DNA of 64,000 nt from Octopus sinensis. Its lineage: Eukaryota. A model generated the notes under the pieces. The model made no database searches, had not been told where the DNA came from, and was given only the letters and a program-made list of their open reading frames with translations. Of this stretch, positions 33,338-47,200 are shown piece after piece; within the stretch, counting starts at the first letter, position 1; each line of letters begins with the position of its first letter. The stretch covers positions 11,842,001-11,906,000 of the forward strand of contig NC_043018.1 in assembly GCF_006345805.1 (NCBI RefSeq). Direction: 5' to 3'. The translations under genes were made by a program, and so were the position numbers.

Positions 33338-36300
33338 CACACATACACAAGGTGGTAAACTGGGTGTCACATTTGAATGTCAATAAATTGGTTCTAAGTA
33401 TTCGTTCTGGCTGTCTAATCCTGCTATAGCCATCTTTGCCTTTTATTCTTTTGGGATCAAGAAATAAAAGTACCAGGGTTGATTCTTCTCTTTCTTTTTT
33501 TCAATTTGTCCATCTTTTTGGAAGAGATCAGCTGTGGAGAGGGATGGACAATGATGGTGTCTGTAAGACTTCATGAAGATTTGAAGGTCAAGGCATGGCA
33601 GAGTATGTCGCATGTAGGCAGATACATATATATACATGATGGAAGACCATCACTGACCATTGCCAGTGCAAGATTTTAGGTCCAACACTTCATAGACCCT
33701 CTCTACCCTATTGATATGATCCAGAGACAAGCTGGGGCCAGATATCCAGTGCCAATACGAATTACAGGCTTGGGAATGCCATGATGTCAAACGCAAGCAA
33801 AGCTCCACAAAATGTCCAGTTTTATATCAGAGTGACCTTTTCCAAGAGACCTGCTCTAACAAACACTGGTCTTCCAGCATACTAGACACCAACCTGGAAT
33901 TTCTGAGTACCTATGCTTATTGCTAGGTAATTGAATTCACCTGTTCTTTTGACAATTCTTTCTAAATCTGTAGTGTGTGATGTACATTCATTCATTCATT
34001 GCTGTTGTGAAGAGACATTTGCAAGTAAAACTAAACCAAATACTGAAATATGTATTTATGTAAATTTATTTATATGTGTATGTATACACACGTGCATATG
34101 CACACACACACACACACACACAAATATGTATGTGTTTGTGTGTTTGTTTACATTTGCTCTTCTCCAAAAATCAGTGACATTATGATTTCACTTGCAGAGT
34201 GAGAGATTACTTATTTGGAAAACAGGTAAAGATTAGCAACAAGAAGGGCATCTGTCTCTAAAACAATGTTTCCATAATCTAGTTGTCTAATCGATGCCAG
34301 CATGATAAAAAAAATGGCCAAACAAATATATAAAATAATATCAGTGTCACTGACCTTTTTGATATGATAACAAAGAGAATTACAGTAGAGATGGGTATAA
34401 TTAGAATTATGATGATCAAAACAATAATGATAATCAGGTTTTTATCAAAGCCGTGTTTGGTTTCCTGACGAACAGGAATACTTTCTACTTCTTTGAATGA
34501 CATCATATTTAGCTTAAGTCTCTTCAGAAGACTGGAAATCTCTTCCTCATTTTCTTCTAATTTTCTGTAAAAGTAAAAGATAATAAAGAAATTTTTGTTG
34601 AGAGACATAAAGGCAAAATTATAGACATGGGGACATGACTATAGATATGAAGACACAATTACAGACAGGGAGACAATTATTATTGACAGGAAGACACAAA
34701 TACTGACTTTTATAATATATTTGCAAACAGAGACTGTTAGACATTTTTCATTTTTGTGACTTCTAGAATAGTGAAGTTCATAGCTGGGGATTATAAAAAA
34801 AGGGACTTTCACTGAGGACTTGTGTTTCCTTAACCAATTAAATTCAATGACTTACTGTTCAAGCTCTTCTTTTGAGATGACTTTCATTGTATCCTTATTG
34901 ACTGCATGAAATAAAATGTCTGTCCTGAAAATATAAATAAAAACAAGTTTTAAAAATATTTTGGACTGGTTGTTGCAGTTGCTTTTTGGTTCCAAGACAA
35001 ATTCTGATTAATCACCTCTTTGATGATCAAAAACATTTCAAGTAGAAAACCTCTTGCAGGATTCAAAAGTGCATCGTGTAATAGAGTTTGAGATATCATA
35101 TTGTGTTTTCTAAATCTTTAGTGCATGAGAAATTTAGCTGCTATCTCCTGTAGAGATAGCCATGTAAACGTTCCCTTCTTGGCTTGTGTTTGTTATTATT
35201 TAGCATGAAATCAATTCTGATCAAAATCATTACAACAGTGATCATGCCATGATACAGTGTGTGAGTCTAGGACTACATTATCTAAAGTGTGTTTTGAAGG
35301 CGGTAGAGATAAGACTGTTATTTGTAGCAGAAAAAAGCTCCCTCAATGGTTTATTATGAATGAGAGGGGTTGCTGCTGTTTAAGCCCAGATCAATCTTGA
35401 TGAAGCAGAGCTATTGTTAAAGATAGTCCAGTTGTAATTACCTTGTATCTCTGATATGATGGAAACCCTGGACTACATTATTCAATACTTCCCTTTTTAA
35501 GGGATGTCAGAAAAGGACAGTCATTTTGATAGGGGTCATTACCAATTCCTTTTCAAGACAGTGGAAGTCACTGTCTTGGAAATGACGGATGAAAGAGAGT
35601 GTGATTTGGCTGCTGTTTATAGCAAATCAAAGGTCTGCAAAATGTTCCCTTATTAGTTCATTTTTCCGGTTGGTCTAAGAAGTTTCTAGACCAAAGTTAG
35701 TACAAATATTTAAATGTTATCAAAGTTTATCATCATTATTATTATTTACTTTTAATCTGCATGTTTGATGCAATCACTTGCCAAGATACACCCAGCATCC
35801 CAGGGCGAGTGAACGATAAGAGATGTTACAGTATGATATCTGAAAACTTAGGGAGGGGAAGTGGCAGGGGCAGTAGTGAAATATCTTCATGAAATACAAC
35901 ACAGACATTTAAACGGATAGGATTTTTCTAAAGATGTGGGCAGCACAATCTTTTGCATTTCTCTGAGACATGGTTCTCCTGGGATATTATCTAGATGTTT
36001 CTGACATCCCATTTTTATCATACCTAGGGCACCCACAATAACAGGAACAGTTCTCGCTTTAAGATGCCACATCTTTTGTATTTCAATTTCCAGGTCCTTA
36101 TATTTACTTAATTTGTCAAATTCCTTTACAGATATATTTTTAACTGTGAGAACATTTACATCTATTAATCTGCAAGTATTTTCTTCCCTGTCTTTAATAA
36201 TTATGTCTGGTCGATTAGCCTGGATTGTTCTGTCAGTGTTGACTGGAAAATCTCGATTGGCTCAGGGTGATGTTCATACCAGTAAGTAGGATTGCTAATT

Positions 36301-39126
36301 TTGTCGTGCTTACATATTTTCCAATATAAATACTCTCCTACCCTATTGTGGTGATTTTTGTATTTGTTTGGTGTTAGCACAGGACATCCTGAGACGAGAT
36401 GATTCGTCAAATGTGTTGCAGAATCTGCATTTAGGGTCAGAACCGTTTTGAAAAACATTAGCCTAGTAGTCTTTTGTAAGCAAGCTTTGATCTTGTGCTA
36501 CCAATATGAAAGCTTCCTTCTCTGCTTTTGGTCCTAAACTTCTCAGCCACTGACGGGTTGTTGCTTGGTCTACATAAACATTTTGACTTCAAAGTAGATA
36601 CTGTCCATGCAGAGCTTTCTGGTCCCACCACTCCTCAATTTGTTTCTGCCCGTTCTTTTTTGCAATCTGCTTGAACTGTTTCGCTTGTTTCGTGGCAGGG
36701 GTTTCAGGTTCTTCATCTAATTCAGGATTCATGCCAAGTGCCATTGTGAATTTCCAAGCTTCCTTGACAATAGAATGTGATTTTTTACTGCTTTCATATT
36801 TGCACACAAGCTGCAGCATCCAGTTCTCTGGACTAGATAAGTACCTCACAGTTCTATCTGCATCATTCCTCTTCCTTCATTGCATCTAGCTAAGTACAGA
36901 CATTCATCGTCTGCTTTTGGTGGTGCATGTTCTTAGATGTTAGTAGTTTTCTTGTCTTCCTGTCCAGGCGTTGGAGTTCTGTAAGATTCCATTAATGATG
37001 TTGAAACTATATTAAACTACTGGAAGTGCCAAGGTGTTAATGGCTTCAATACAATTTTTCGAGTTGACTTCAGTTTTTAGTGTGAGTCTTAGCCTCCTGT
37101 AATACTCCTTTCTTATTTTTCCATTTATAGTAGCATGTTGTATACCATTTCCTTCATTTATCCCCAGGTATTTATAACTTTATTGTGGGTCAAGCTCCTT
37201 GGTGGTAGAGTCGGTATCTAGTTTAATGGAAGCTGTTTGTCTGAGCTAGCCTTTTACAAAAGTTGCTTTAGCACACTTATTGATGCCGAAATCCATCCCA
37301 ATGTTATTGCTGAACTCTTTAACGGTTGTTAGTAGCCCTATTAGTGCTTGGTCTTTTCTAGCAAACAGCTTCAGATCGTCCATATAAAACAGATGGTTTA
37401 TTGTGGTATTATAAACTTTGTCCTCATACCTGGTGGTATTCAGTTCATTTGAGAGTGGGATCAATACAATGCCAAAGAGTAACAGTGAGAGGGAGTCACC
37501 TTGAAAGATGCCTTATTTGATGTTGATGTTGCTGGATTGGTTCATCCCATGGCTTAGAAGGAGATGTGTGTTCCACTTGGCCATGCTACCTAGTAAGCAT
37601 TTTGCAGATGACAGGAGGGATCTTATATACCTCAAGGGCCTTGAGTATCCAATTATGTGGGACCCTATCAAACGTTTTCCTGTAGTCTATCCATGCCATA
37701 CTCAGGTTCTTCTTTTTGCTTCAGCAATCCTCTACAATCATTTCATATATATATATACACACACATACATAAGGTATTTGATGACATATCCTTTTTTGGT
37801 CAATGCTGCATTTTTTGCAAACTATATAATCTTTGTTTCAGAAAATAATAATGGCAGATTCTCAGCTTACTCAAGAAATGATGAGGCATGCTGTTATCAT
37901 GGCTATAAAGGTTGAGCGTAGCAATTTAGAAATATTTCGATTTTTAAAAATCATGAGATCTTTTGTCTACAAAGTAGTTGGTAAGGAGTTAGAGACCAAA
38001 AATGGAAATGCATCACCAGAATCAAAGAGTGAAAAGTATTCTAAAGGCTCTGAAACCATCAGAACACCTGAATTTATCCAGCAAGTTCAACAGACCATTG
38101 ATTGCAATCTCAGACAATACAGGAGGTCAATTGTAAAAGACTTCCATGTGTCAGAAGGAATGGTCAGAAATGTTGTCCATAAAGACACCAGATAAAAGTC
38201 TTGTATGATGACGAGAGGTCAATTTATGCCAGAAGAAGCAACAAAAAAAAAATCATTACATCAGATCTAAAAGGTTATTAAACAAACTGAAAAATCCAGC
38301 AAAAGATTTGGTTTGGTTTTTCGCAGATGAGAAAAACTTCAATCAAGATCAAAAAGTTAACAGAAGGTTATGTGCAGACCCTTCTGAAGTTTTAAGAGTT
38401 ATGCATGCAAAATTTCCTGCAACTGTCATGGTTTTAGGGGTTGTCAGCAATGAAGGACATGTGATGCCTCCTTACTTCTTTCTACAAGGCCTTAGAGTTA
38501 ACTCTGCTGCCTTCATGGAAGTCCTGAAAACAGTTGTTAAACCCTGGATAGACAATGTATGCAATGAAAGGAGACGTGTGTTTCAGCAAGACTCTGCACC
38601 ATCACACAAGGCTCAAGTAACACAGGAATAGATGGCTGAAAATTTTCATGATCCCATAACCCCTAACATTTGGTTTCTTTATTCCTCAGATCTATGCATT
38701 GGTCAATGAACATGCCCATAACACCAAAGATTCTTTGAAAGCCGCCATAGTCAGAGTAATGTCCAAAATGAACCAGGACCACTTGATTGGAGCATGTAGA
38801 TGATTTAGATCTTGTATAGAAGCAGTTATTGACGCTGAAGGTGGCTTTATTGAATAAGATTATAGAAAAGAAGATCTAATTCTCAACTTCACAGCATTTT
38901 TTGATAATAAAGTTATCTGTTATTATATATCTGATTTTTATAAATATAAATCTGCCCTCAAATATCTTATGACCTTGTATTGACCGTGTGGTAAGAAGCT
39001 GGCTTCCCAACCACATGGTTCCAGGTTCAGGGGCATTTCAGGCAAGTGTCTTCAATTATAGCCTTAGGCCAACCAAAGCTTTGTGAGTGGATTTGGTAGA
39101 CCGAAAGTGAAAGAAGCCCATCATAC

Positions 39127-39159
<33 letters not shown>

Positions 39160-41186
39160 TATACATACATACACACAAACACACACACACACAAGATCTG
39201 ATGGTACTCACATAGTAAGGGAAGTAAATAATAAAGTACGGTAGGTAGGGGGAGGTAATCAAATAGTAGGAGAAGTAATAAAATAATAGAGGGGAGGTAA
39301 TCAAATACTATTTTAGGGGAAGTTAAAATAGTTGGGTATGCACTAAAATAGGGGGAGAGATAATAAAGTAGCGGTAGAGGTAAAACACCGTAGAGAAGGT
39401 AATCAAACAGTAAAGTATGGTAGGTAATAAAATAGCAAAAGCAGGGGAATAAAATACTACAGGAGGTAATCAAATAGTAATTTAGGCGGATGTAGTAAAA
39501 AAGAAAGGTAGTTAATAAACGGTAATGCATGGTAGGTAATAGAGTGGTAGGGGAGGTGACAAAATATTAACGAATGGTATGTTATAAATGGTATGTTATA
39601 AAAAGGAGAATGCTGCAATTGTAGAGGAAGCTGGGAGTGAACTAAGAGCATAAAGAACTATGAAAATGCAAGGTGTTCTAAATGTTCTCAGCCAAATTGC
39701 CACCTTATTGGAGTGGGTGATCTTCAGTTAGGTGTAAGTCTTACCTGTTAACATCTGCTCGATTCTTTCTGTCTATATGCACCTGGATATGATCTATAAC
39801 AATCTGTAAATCTAGAAGCTTACTCAGATTCCTGAAATGGATAAAAGTGGTACAGTTCATATCACAGTAATACTCATTCACAACTACCCCATAATATCAA
39901 GACAAGAGGCTACACACACACACACACACACCTGTTAATAATACAAAATAATTCAGAAGATATATAGAGAAATCAAAAGTCTGAATTTTCCAAAGGAAAT
40001 GAGAGAATACTGCACATCTTGGATTTTTGTGTGCATTTATGTATGTATGTATGTGTGTGTGTGTGTATATGTATATATATATATGTATATATATAAGGTG
40101 ATCGAAAGGAATGGATGAAGCAGTTATTCACTACATTACAAAAATTCAAGGAATCCATACCATTCTATACTGTTCCATCATTTTATTTTGCATCTCATCT
40201 TTGGTAAATGATATCACAAAACAAGCAAAGTGTGTTCCATGCATTTCTGATTATTGCTTCCATCATATTTCTAATACAAGCCTGCACATACTTAGAGGCT
40301 AAACAACTATTTTGCCATGATTGATTGGATCCTAACAACACACACACACACACAAATATATAATCTTTTACTTGATTCAGTTATTTGATTGTGGCCATGC
40401 TGGAGCACAGCCTTTAGTTGAGCAAATCGACCCAGGACTTATTCTTTGTAAGCATAGTACTTATTCTATCTGTCTCTTTTGCCGAACCGCTAAGTTACAG
40501 GGACGTAAACACACCACCATCGATTGTCAAGCGATGTTGAGAAGACAAGCACAGACATGCACAAACATATACACACACACACATACATACATATAAATAT
40601 ATATATACAATGGGCTTCTTTCAGTTTCCATCTACCAAATCCACTCACAAGGCTTTGGTCAGCCTGATTATACCCTCTCCCCAAATTTCAAGCATTGTGC
40701 CTACAGTAGAAAGGATTGTTGTTGTTGTTGTTGCTGCTGCTGCTGTTGCTGCTGTTGTTGTTAAGGCGACAAGCTGGCAGAATTGTTAGCAAGCTATGCA
40801 AAATGCTTGGCAGCATTTCGTCTGCCATTACATTCTGAGTTCGATTTCTGCTGAGGTTGACTTTGCCTTTCATCCTTTTGGGGATGAAAGGCAAAGTTGA
40901 GCAGCGAGGTCAATGTAATCAACTAGACCCACTCAACTAGATTATTATGAGAAAGGATGATTATAATAATAATAATAATGATTATTAATATTATTATTAT
41001 CACGAGGACACATGGCCTAGTGGTTAGGGTGTTCCACCCATAGTTGCAAGATTGTGGTTTCAATTCCTAGACCAGGTGGTGTGTAGTGTGGTCTTGAGCA
41101 AAACACTTCATCTCACGTTGCTCTGTAGTCACTTTGACACCTGATGTGTGGTACACAGTGCATCTGTTCAGGCAATGTCAATTTGA

Positions 41187-41223
<37 letters not shown>

Positions 41224-44200
41224 GATGTACAGCACATACATTTGATCACTTTAAACAAATCATTTATGCAGGTCGTTCTGCGAAAGCTGAACACTCATAC
41301 ATCGTCTTTGACGGGAGAGTCCGTCATTATTACACAATTATCAGCCTGAACTTTTTCACTACTGCTCCCTTTATCTTACTCTCTAACTCACTCTCCTTTC
41401 TTTTCCAGTCAGGGTACCCATGTATCTTCTCTACAGCAAGACATCTATCCCTGTTCCTCTATATGTTTAACCACCATTCACCTCAATACTGCTCCCCCTT
41501 CCCAGCTGAGGGGTTTTGTCTTGTGAGTTACTTGATGACCCTGTTGATGCTAGTGCCACCATAAAAAGTGCTGGTGCCGGTGCAATGTAAAAAAGCATTC
41601 AATACAATGAGTAAAGTGGTTGGCATCAGGAAGGACATCCAGCTGTAGAAACCAAGCCAAAACAGGCAATGGGGGTCTGTTGTAGCTCCTGGCCCTCACC
41701 AGTTCCTGTCAAAATGTCCAACTAATACCAGCATAGAAAACAAATGTTAAATGATGATGATGTGTGTGTGCGTACGTACATATATACATACAAGCACATA
41801 TACATATATGTATACACTTAATGTTGCTTGAAGCAGCTTTGAATAAAGTATATTTGTATAAAATCATGTTGAACACATTTGACTGTAATCAGACATGCTA
41901 AAACCTTTTGCTACAATAATAGTCAAGGGAGAAAATTCTTCACCTAGACATTTGTAAATAGATATTTTGTTGTGGGGCTGTNNNNNNNNNNNNNNNNNNN
42001 NNNNNNNNNNNNNNNNNNNNNNNNNNNNNNNNNNNNNNNNNNNNNNNNNNNNNNNNNNNNNNNNNNNNNNNNNNNNNNNNNATATAATATATATATATAT
42101 TATCTATATATATATATATACATAATATTATATATATTAAACACACCATTCGAGCGTGATCGTTACTGCGTCGCCTTACGAGCACTTGTGCTGGTGGCAC
42201 GTGAAACATTCAAGCGAGGTCGTCACAGTGCCGCTGGATTGGCTCCTGTGCAGGTGGCACATAAAAAGCACCATTTGGGTGTGGCCATTGCCAGTACCAC
42301 CAAACTGGCCCTCGTGCTGGTGGCATGTAAAAGCACCCACTACACTCTCAGAGTGGTTGGCGTTAGGAAGGACATCCAGCTGTAGAAACTCTGCCAGATC
42401 AGATTGGAGTCGGGTTCGCCAGACCTTAGTCAAATCGTCCCACCCATGCTAGCATGGAAAGAGGACGTTAAATGATGATGATGATATATATATATATGTA
42501 CGTGTCTGTATATGTTTGTGTGTCTGTGTTTGTCCCCCCAACATCGCTGGTGGAACGATGTTGGTGTGTTTACGTCCCTGTAACTTAGTGGTTCAGCAAA
42601 AGAGACAGATAGAATAAGTACTAGGCTTACAAAGAATAAGTCCTGGGGTTGTTGCGCTTGACTAAAAGCGGTGCTCCGGCATGGCCACAGTCAAACGACT
42701 GAAACAAGTAAAAGAGTACATCAGTAAACATTCTGACTGTTCTTTTCATAAATACAGCTCCATATTTACTGGGCTATGAGCGACTGAGTTAGTTTCCGTA
42801 GCAGATGAAGCAGAATGATGGAGAAACATAGGATGTGGGATACGAAAGTGAAAGTAATCCCTACAATAATTGGAACACTAAATATGATAAAAAGAAAAAA
42901 GATATGAATGAAAGCATAACACCATTCCAGGCTCACGATTTTACACAGAGTCTAAAACTGACCACCACTAGACATCCACATCATAGGTAAGACTTTCATT
43001 TCCATAGTGCAACTCAAACTGGACTCTCTCCACAAACAGTACAAGTCCCTATCCCATCACTACTTGATAAAATGTCCCAGCTGACACAACACAACCAGCA
43101 AAACACCGACTCTGCCCAGTCACCACTCGCTGCTACACTTTTTCTGAACACTGTGAAAACCAACTCACACAACTGACATCCTACATTACAATCACTCAAT
43201 CCGATGACACAACAAACTTTGCTCAACAAATTAGAAGAAACACTAAACTAACAACAGAAACAATAAGACACAATTCTACGTCCGCACGAGACAAAATTGC
43301 ACACAAATCGGGAAGAGAGACGTGCACTTAGTGGTGCAGAAGGATTTTGCATAATAACAATATAAGAAAGATGATGATGATGATAATGATGATGCAAATG
43401 AAGAGAAGGAGGAAAGGGGATGCAGGAAAACAACAAAGATGGGAAGAAGAAGAAGAAGAAGAAGAAGAAGGACTTGTTAGACTCTTACAGTCTAACAAAT
43501 GATTAAATGAGTGTTAAGGCCACTCTTCCTGATGAAGAGGATTGGCCTGCAAGACTCCTGTGCCAGTGCCACATAAAAAGCACTTGTGCTGGTGCCACAT
43601 TAAAAGCACTCATGTGGTGTTGTGTAAAAACACTTCTGCGGTACCATGTTAAAAGCACTCAGCCCACACTGTAAAATGGATGGCATTAGGAAGGGCATCC
43701 AGCCAGAGAAACTGCCAAATCAGACTGGAATCTGGAGCAGCTTGCCAGTTCTGGTAAAACTGTCAAACCATCCAACCCATGACAGCATAGATAATGGATG
43801 GTAAATGATGATGATGATGATGTTGATGATGATGGGATTGTTACTGACGAACCTGATAATTTCTTGTCTATTTTCTTGGACTTTATCATCAGTTGCATTT
43901 ACAGTGAGAATTAAGCTAAACTCATCACTGTAGATTGCCATCTGTGAAGAGAAAGAAAAGGTAAATAGTAGAATCAGCCAAACCGTAAGCTTTGTGGGAG
44001 CCTCTATGGGGTTGCTCAACATGTTAGAAGTAGCAGCTAAATTTCCTTCAAATCACATCCTCCTTACTGTCTTACAGAAGGAAGGACACACTAGGCATTT
44101 AGGCAGCAGGCCTAATGCTCTCCTTAATCTAAAGTAATCACATGATCCTTGATTGCCTTTAGCTGCTCAGTTCCCTCAGCTGCAAGCATAACCCTACTTC

Positions 44201-47200
44201 CTTATTTACATGTTTAGAAGCCATTTAAGAAACACACAAAAACCGTTAGATTCACTTCAACATTTAAATTTAATCTGTCAAAATATTTTCGTTGCTTGGA
44301 GACTGCAATCTGTTCACTGACAAAACTTCTTGCAGCACAAAGTTTTGTCAGTGTGCCAAAAAATTTAAAATCAATATTACCAGAACCCTATTGATACTAC
44401 TCTTATTAAATAATAAAAAAATAAACATGTATTATTATTATGAATGAAAGTCTTTCATCACGCATATAAAACCTGATTATTCATACCTTGTTCTATTGTA
44501 ACATTGTTTTGGTTCCAATATACAACTCATGACAGAATTTCTTGCCAAGTACCATTAATCCTTGAGTATTGTCCGCCCTTGAGTATAACATGCAGGGGAT
44601 TTTTAGGGGGATGTACCTCTGAAAAACCTAAACCTTGTGTATAATACGCACCCCTTCTCTAACTTGAGTTGTGCATAATTAAACCAGCAGCACCTAGTCG
44701 AACAAACACTTCCGTGCATGCGTAATACAATAATGGTGATGTTCTTAACTGTTATATGGGAATGTAAATATGTTTGCAAATTGTTTTTTTTTACATGTTA
44801 TTCTGTGTTCTGAATACTTTTATTTTAATAAATGTTGCTTACTGCAAGTTATGGATGATTCTTTTATGACTTCATTGCTTTCAGGCTTAGCTTAAGGTAT
44901 TTTCACGCCCGACATCACAAAATGTGTCTGAATAAACATTGCCGGACAGCAAATAGAGACTCGGACATTGCTTAGAAAATAATTTTCAGTTTTAACCTCG
45001 TATATAGTACACACTAGGGATTTTGACCTTTAAATTTTGGGAAAAAATGCGAATTATACTCAAGGATTTACGGTACATAAATAGACATTATTGTCTTCAA
45101 GCATAAAATATCAATCTGCTCAATTCTACTTTTATTAAATTGTATTAATTTTGAAATAAAATGTTTTGATAAAAATTTTCTTATAAGAGAAGATAATATT
45201 TAGTAGAGAAACTTTTATCTTTTGCTTAGTTTTAAATAGCTGCAGCAGTCATTTCCTTTTATGTTGGTTGCTGTTGAGACCCCTGGTATCCTCAGTCCTT
45301 ACCAATGCTGATCTTCTCATCCAAACCAGGATGAGGGCATTACACTTTAGGAAGGGATCCCCACAATGGGGAATGGCTAATGTAGTGGATATCACAGGCA
45401 ACTCTTCATGTGGATACTTTACCAAGTTGCTTGGGTATGGGGAATATTTTTGTTTTATTTTATTGTCTAAATGTATTTTATGCTTTGAATTGTATCTTTA
45501 TTTTACACAAATAATTACAGTATTTCTATTCCAATATATAAAAACGTTTAAGTTATTTTACTATATCCCCAGTCAAAATCTTGATTGCTTTGAAAATAAT
45601 TAAGAGAACAATGATACATTGTCAACTAAAGTCGTGTGTTCCTGTGCTTTTGAGTTCGGAGGTTTAAAGGCAGAAAGAAACATAACTCATGGCAACAAAA
45701 AATAATGGATCTCTTTTTCAGACCAGAGACCTTGTATAAATGCTTATAAATGATTGGATGCTGTTAAAAGCACCCAAGACCCAATTAGTCATTGTATTAA
45801 AACTGTTTCACTAGATAATCCCTTATTGTTAGAAATAGTGTCAAAAAATTGTCAGTTAAATTGTAAAATATATAATTAGATATAACATTTGTTAAGTTGT
45901 ACTTTAGTTGGTTTTAAACCTCAAAGGCTGAAAAACAACCAAACTCAACCTGGTACAATGAGGGTGATATTTGGTAGAACTAGTCAGATGGAAATATCCT
46001 TCCAGTTCACAAAGGAAGTCGTTTCTTAGTTCTAGCACATCTCCATTTTCACATGAGTGTACTAAGAAGTCAGCCTGACTCTTCTATATCAACATATTAA
46101 ATGTTAAAGTAGTAAATTGGCTGAATTCTTGTGGCATTTGTTCCAGACCTTTAGAAATCTTTGTTCAAACCCTGCCAAAATAAACTTTGCATTCCATTCC
46201 TCTAGGATCGATAAAACAAAGGGCCATTCAAGTGTGTTGGATTAGTGGAACTGTTACAATGTTAGACCAAATGAATTGCAGCAATTGTTTTTTGACTTTT
46301 CACAATCTCAGTACTTATGTAGGTGTAGGAAACTTGTCTGTAGCTAGTTGACAAGATGATATATTCTAAAGAATACCTGAAGAAAGGTCACAGGAAATCA
46401 CCTTTGTATAGTATTCCATGCAAATTCCATGTCAAGCACATAGCACTTATTAAGGAAGTGGCCAGAGGAATATGTGATAATGAGATGACACTTTTAGAAG
46501 AAAGCAAAATGTTGCTGTTCTTTCTCTTTATGTTGCAAAGTCTTAAGAATTACTTTGAAAATTAAGGGAGGAAAATAACTTTAGCCAAAGAAAAAAAAAA
46601 CAATGTTAGAATTAATAAAATAAATATAACAAAATATAAAAACTAAGAATTAACTATATTGACTTACCATTACAATGACTGTATCATTTTTAGTAGACTC
46701 TGCTTTGTCGACAGCTACTACAGTAACCGTATACTCTTTTTGTGTAACAGCTGCTGGGACAAACAGATTATGGAGATTGCCGGTTGAAGGGTTCATGTAG
46801 AATTGATCCTTATCTTTACCTGTTAAACTATAGACTGAAACCGAATTCTCCCCAGCATCTTTATCTTCAGCCTAAAAGAATATAAAACAGAATACACGAG
46901 ATACGAGAGATTTCATTGAACCGTCCCTTCTTATACTTTTTCTATCTTTCAAACACATTTTGCTGGTCGACACAAATCTTCATTTTCCTCACAACTATTA
47001 TTTTTAAAAAAAATCCTTTCCATTATACACCAAACTTATGTTTTCTTTCATTATGCAAATAGACACAAATGACCTCAAATTAACAAAAATGAACATAATT
47101 AACATCATATTGTCTAACTAACTAACTAACCCAACATCTGATGAAAAAAATAATGCTTTTTATCAAATATTTTTTTTTTAACAGCTATAAAACAATTAAG

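Noticed and set aside
39027-39530. 167-aa hydrophobic ORF resembling a membrane protein
   Set aside because: It translates a low-complexity pyrimidine-rich repeat plus a SINE
45245-45435. GC-richer stretch as an extra cadherin exon
   Set aside because: It has no cadherin-like peptide or convincing splice sites, and the flanking exons 46668 and 43941 already join in phase
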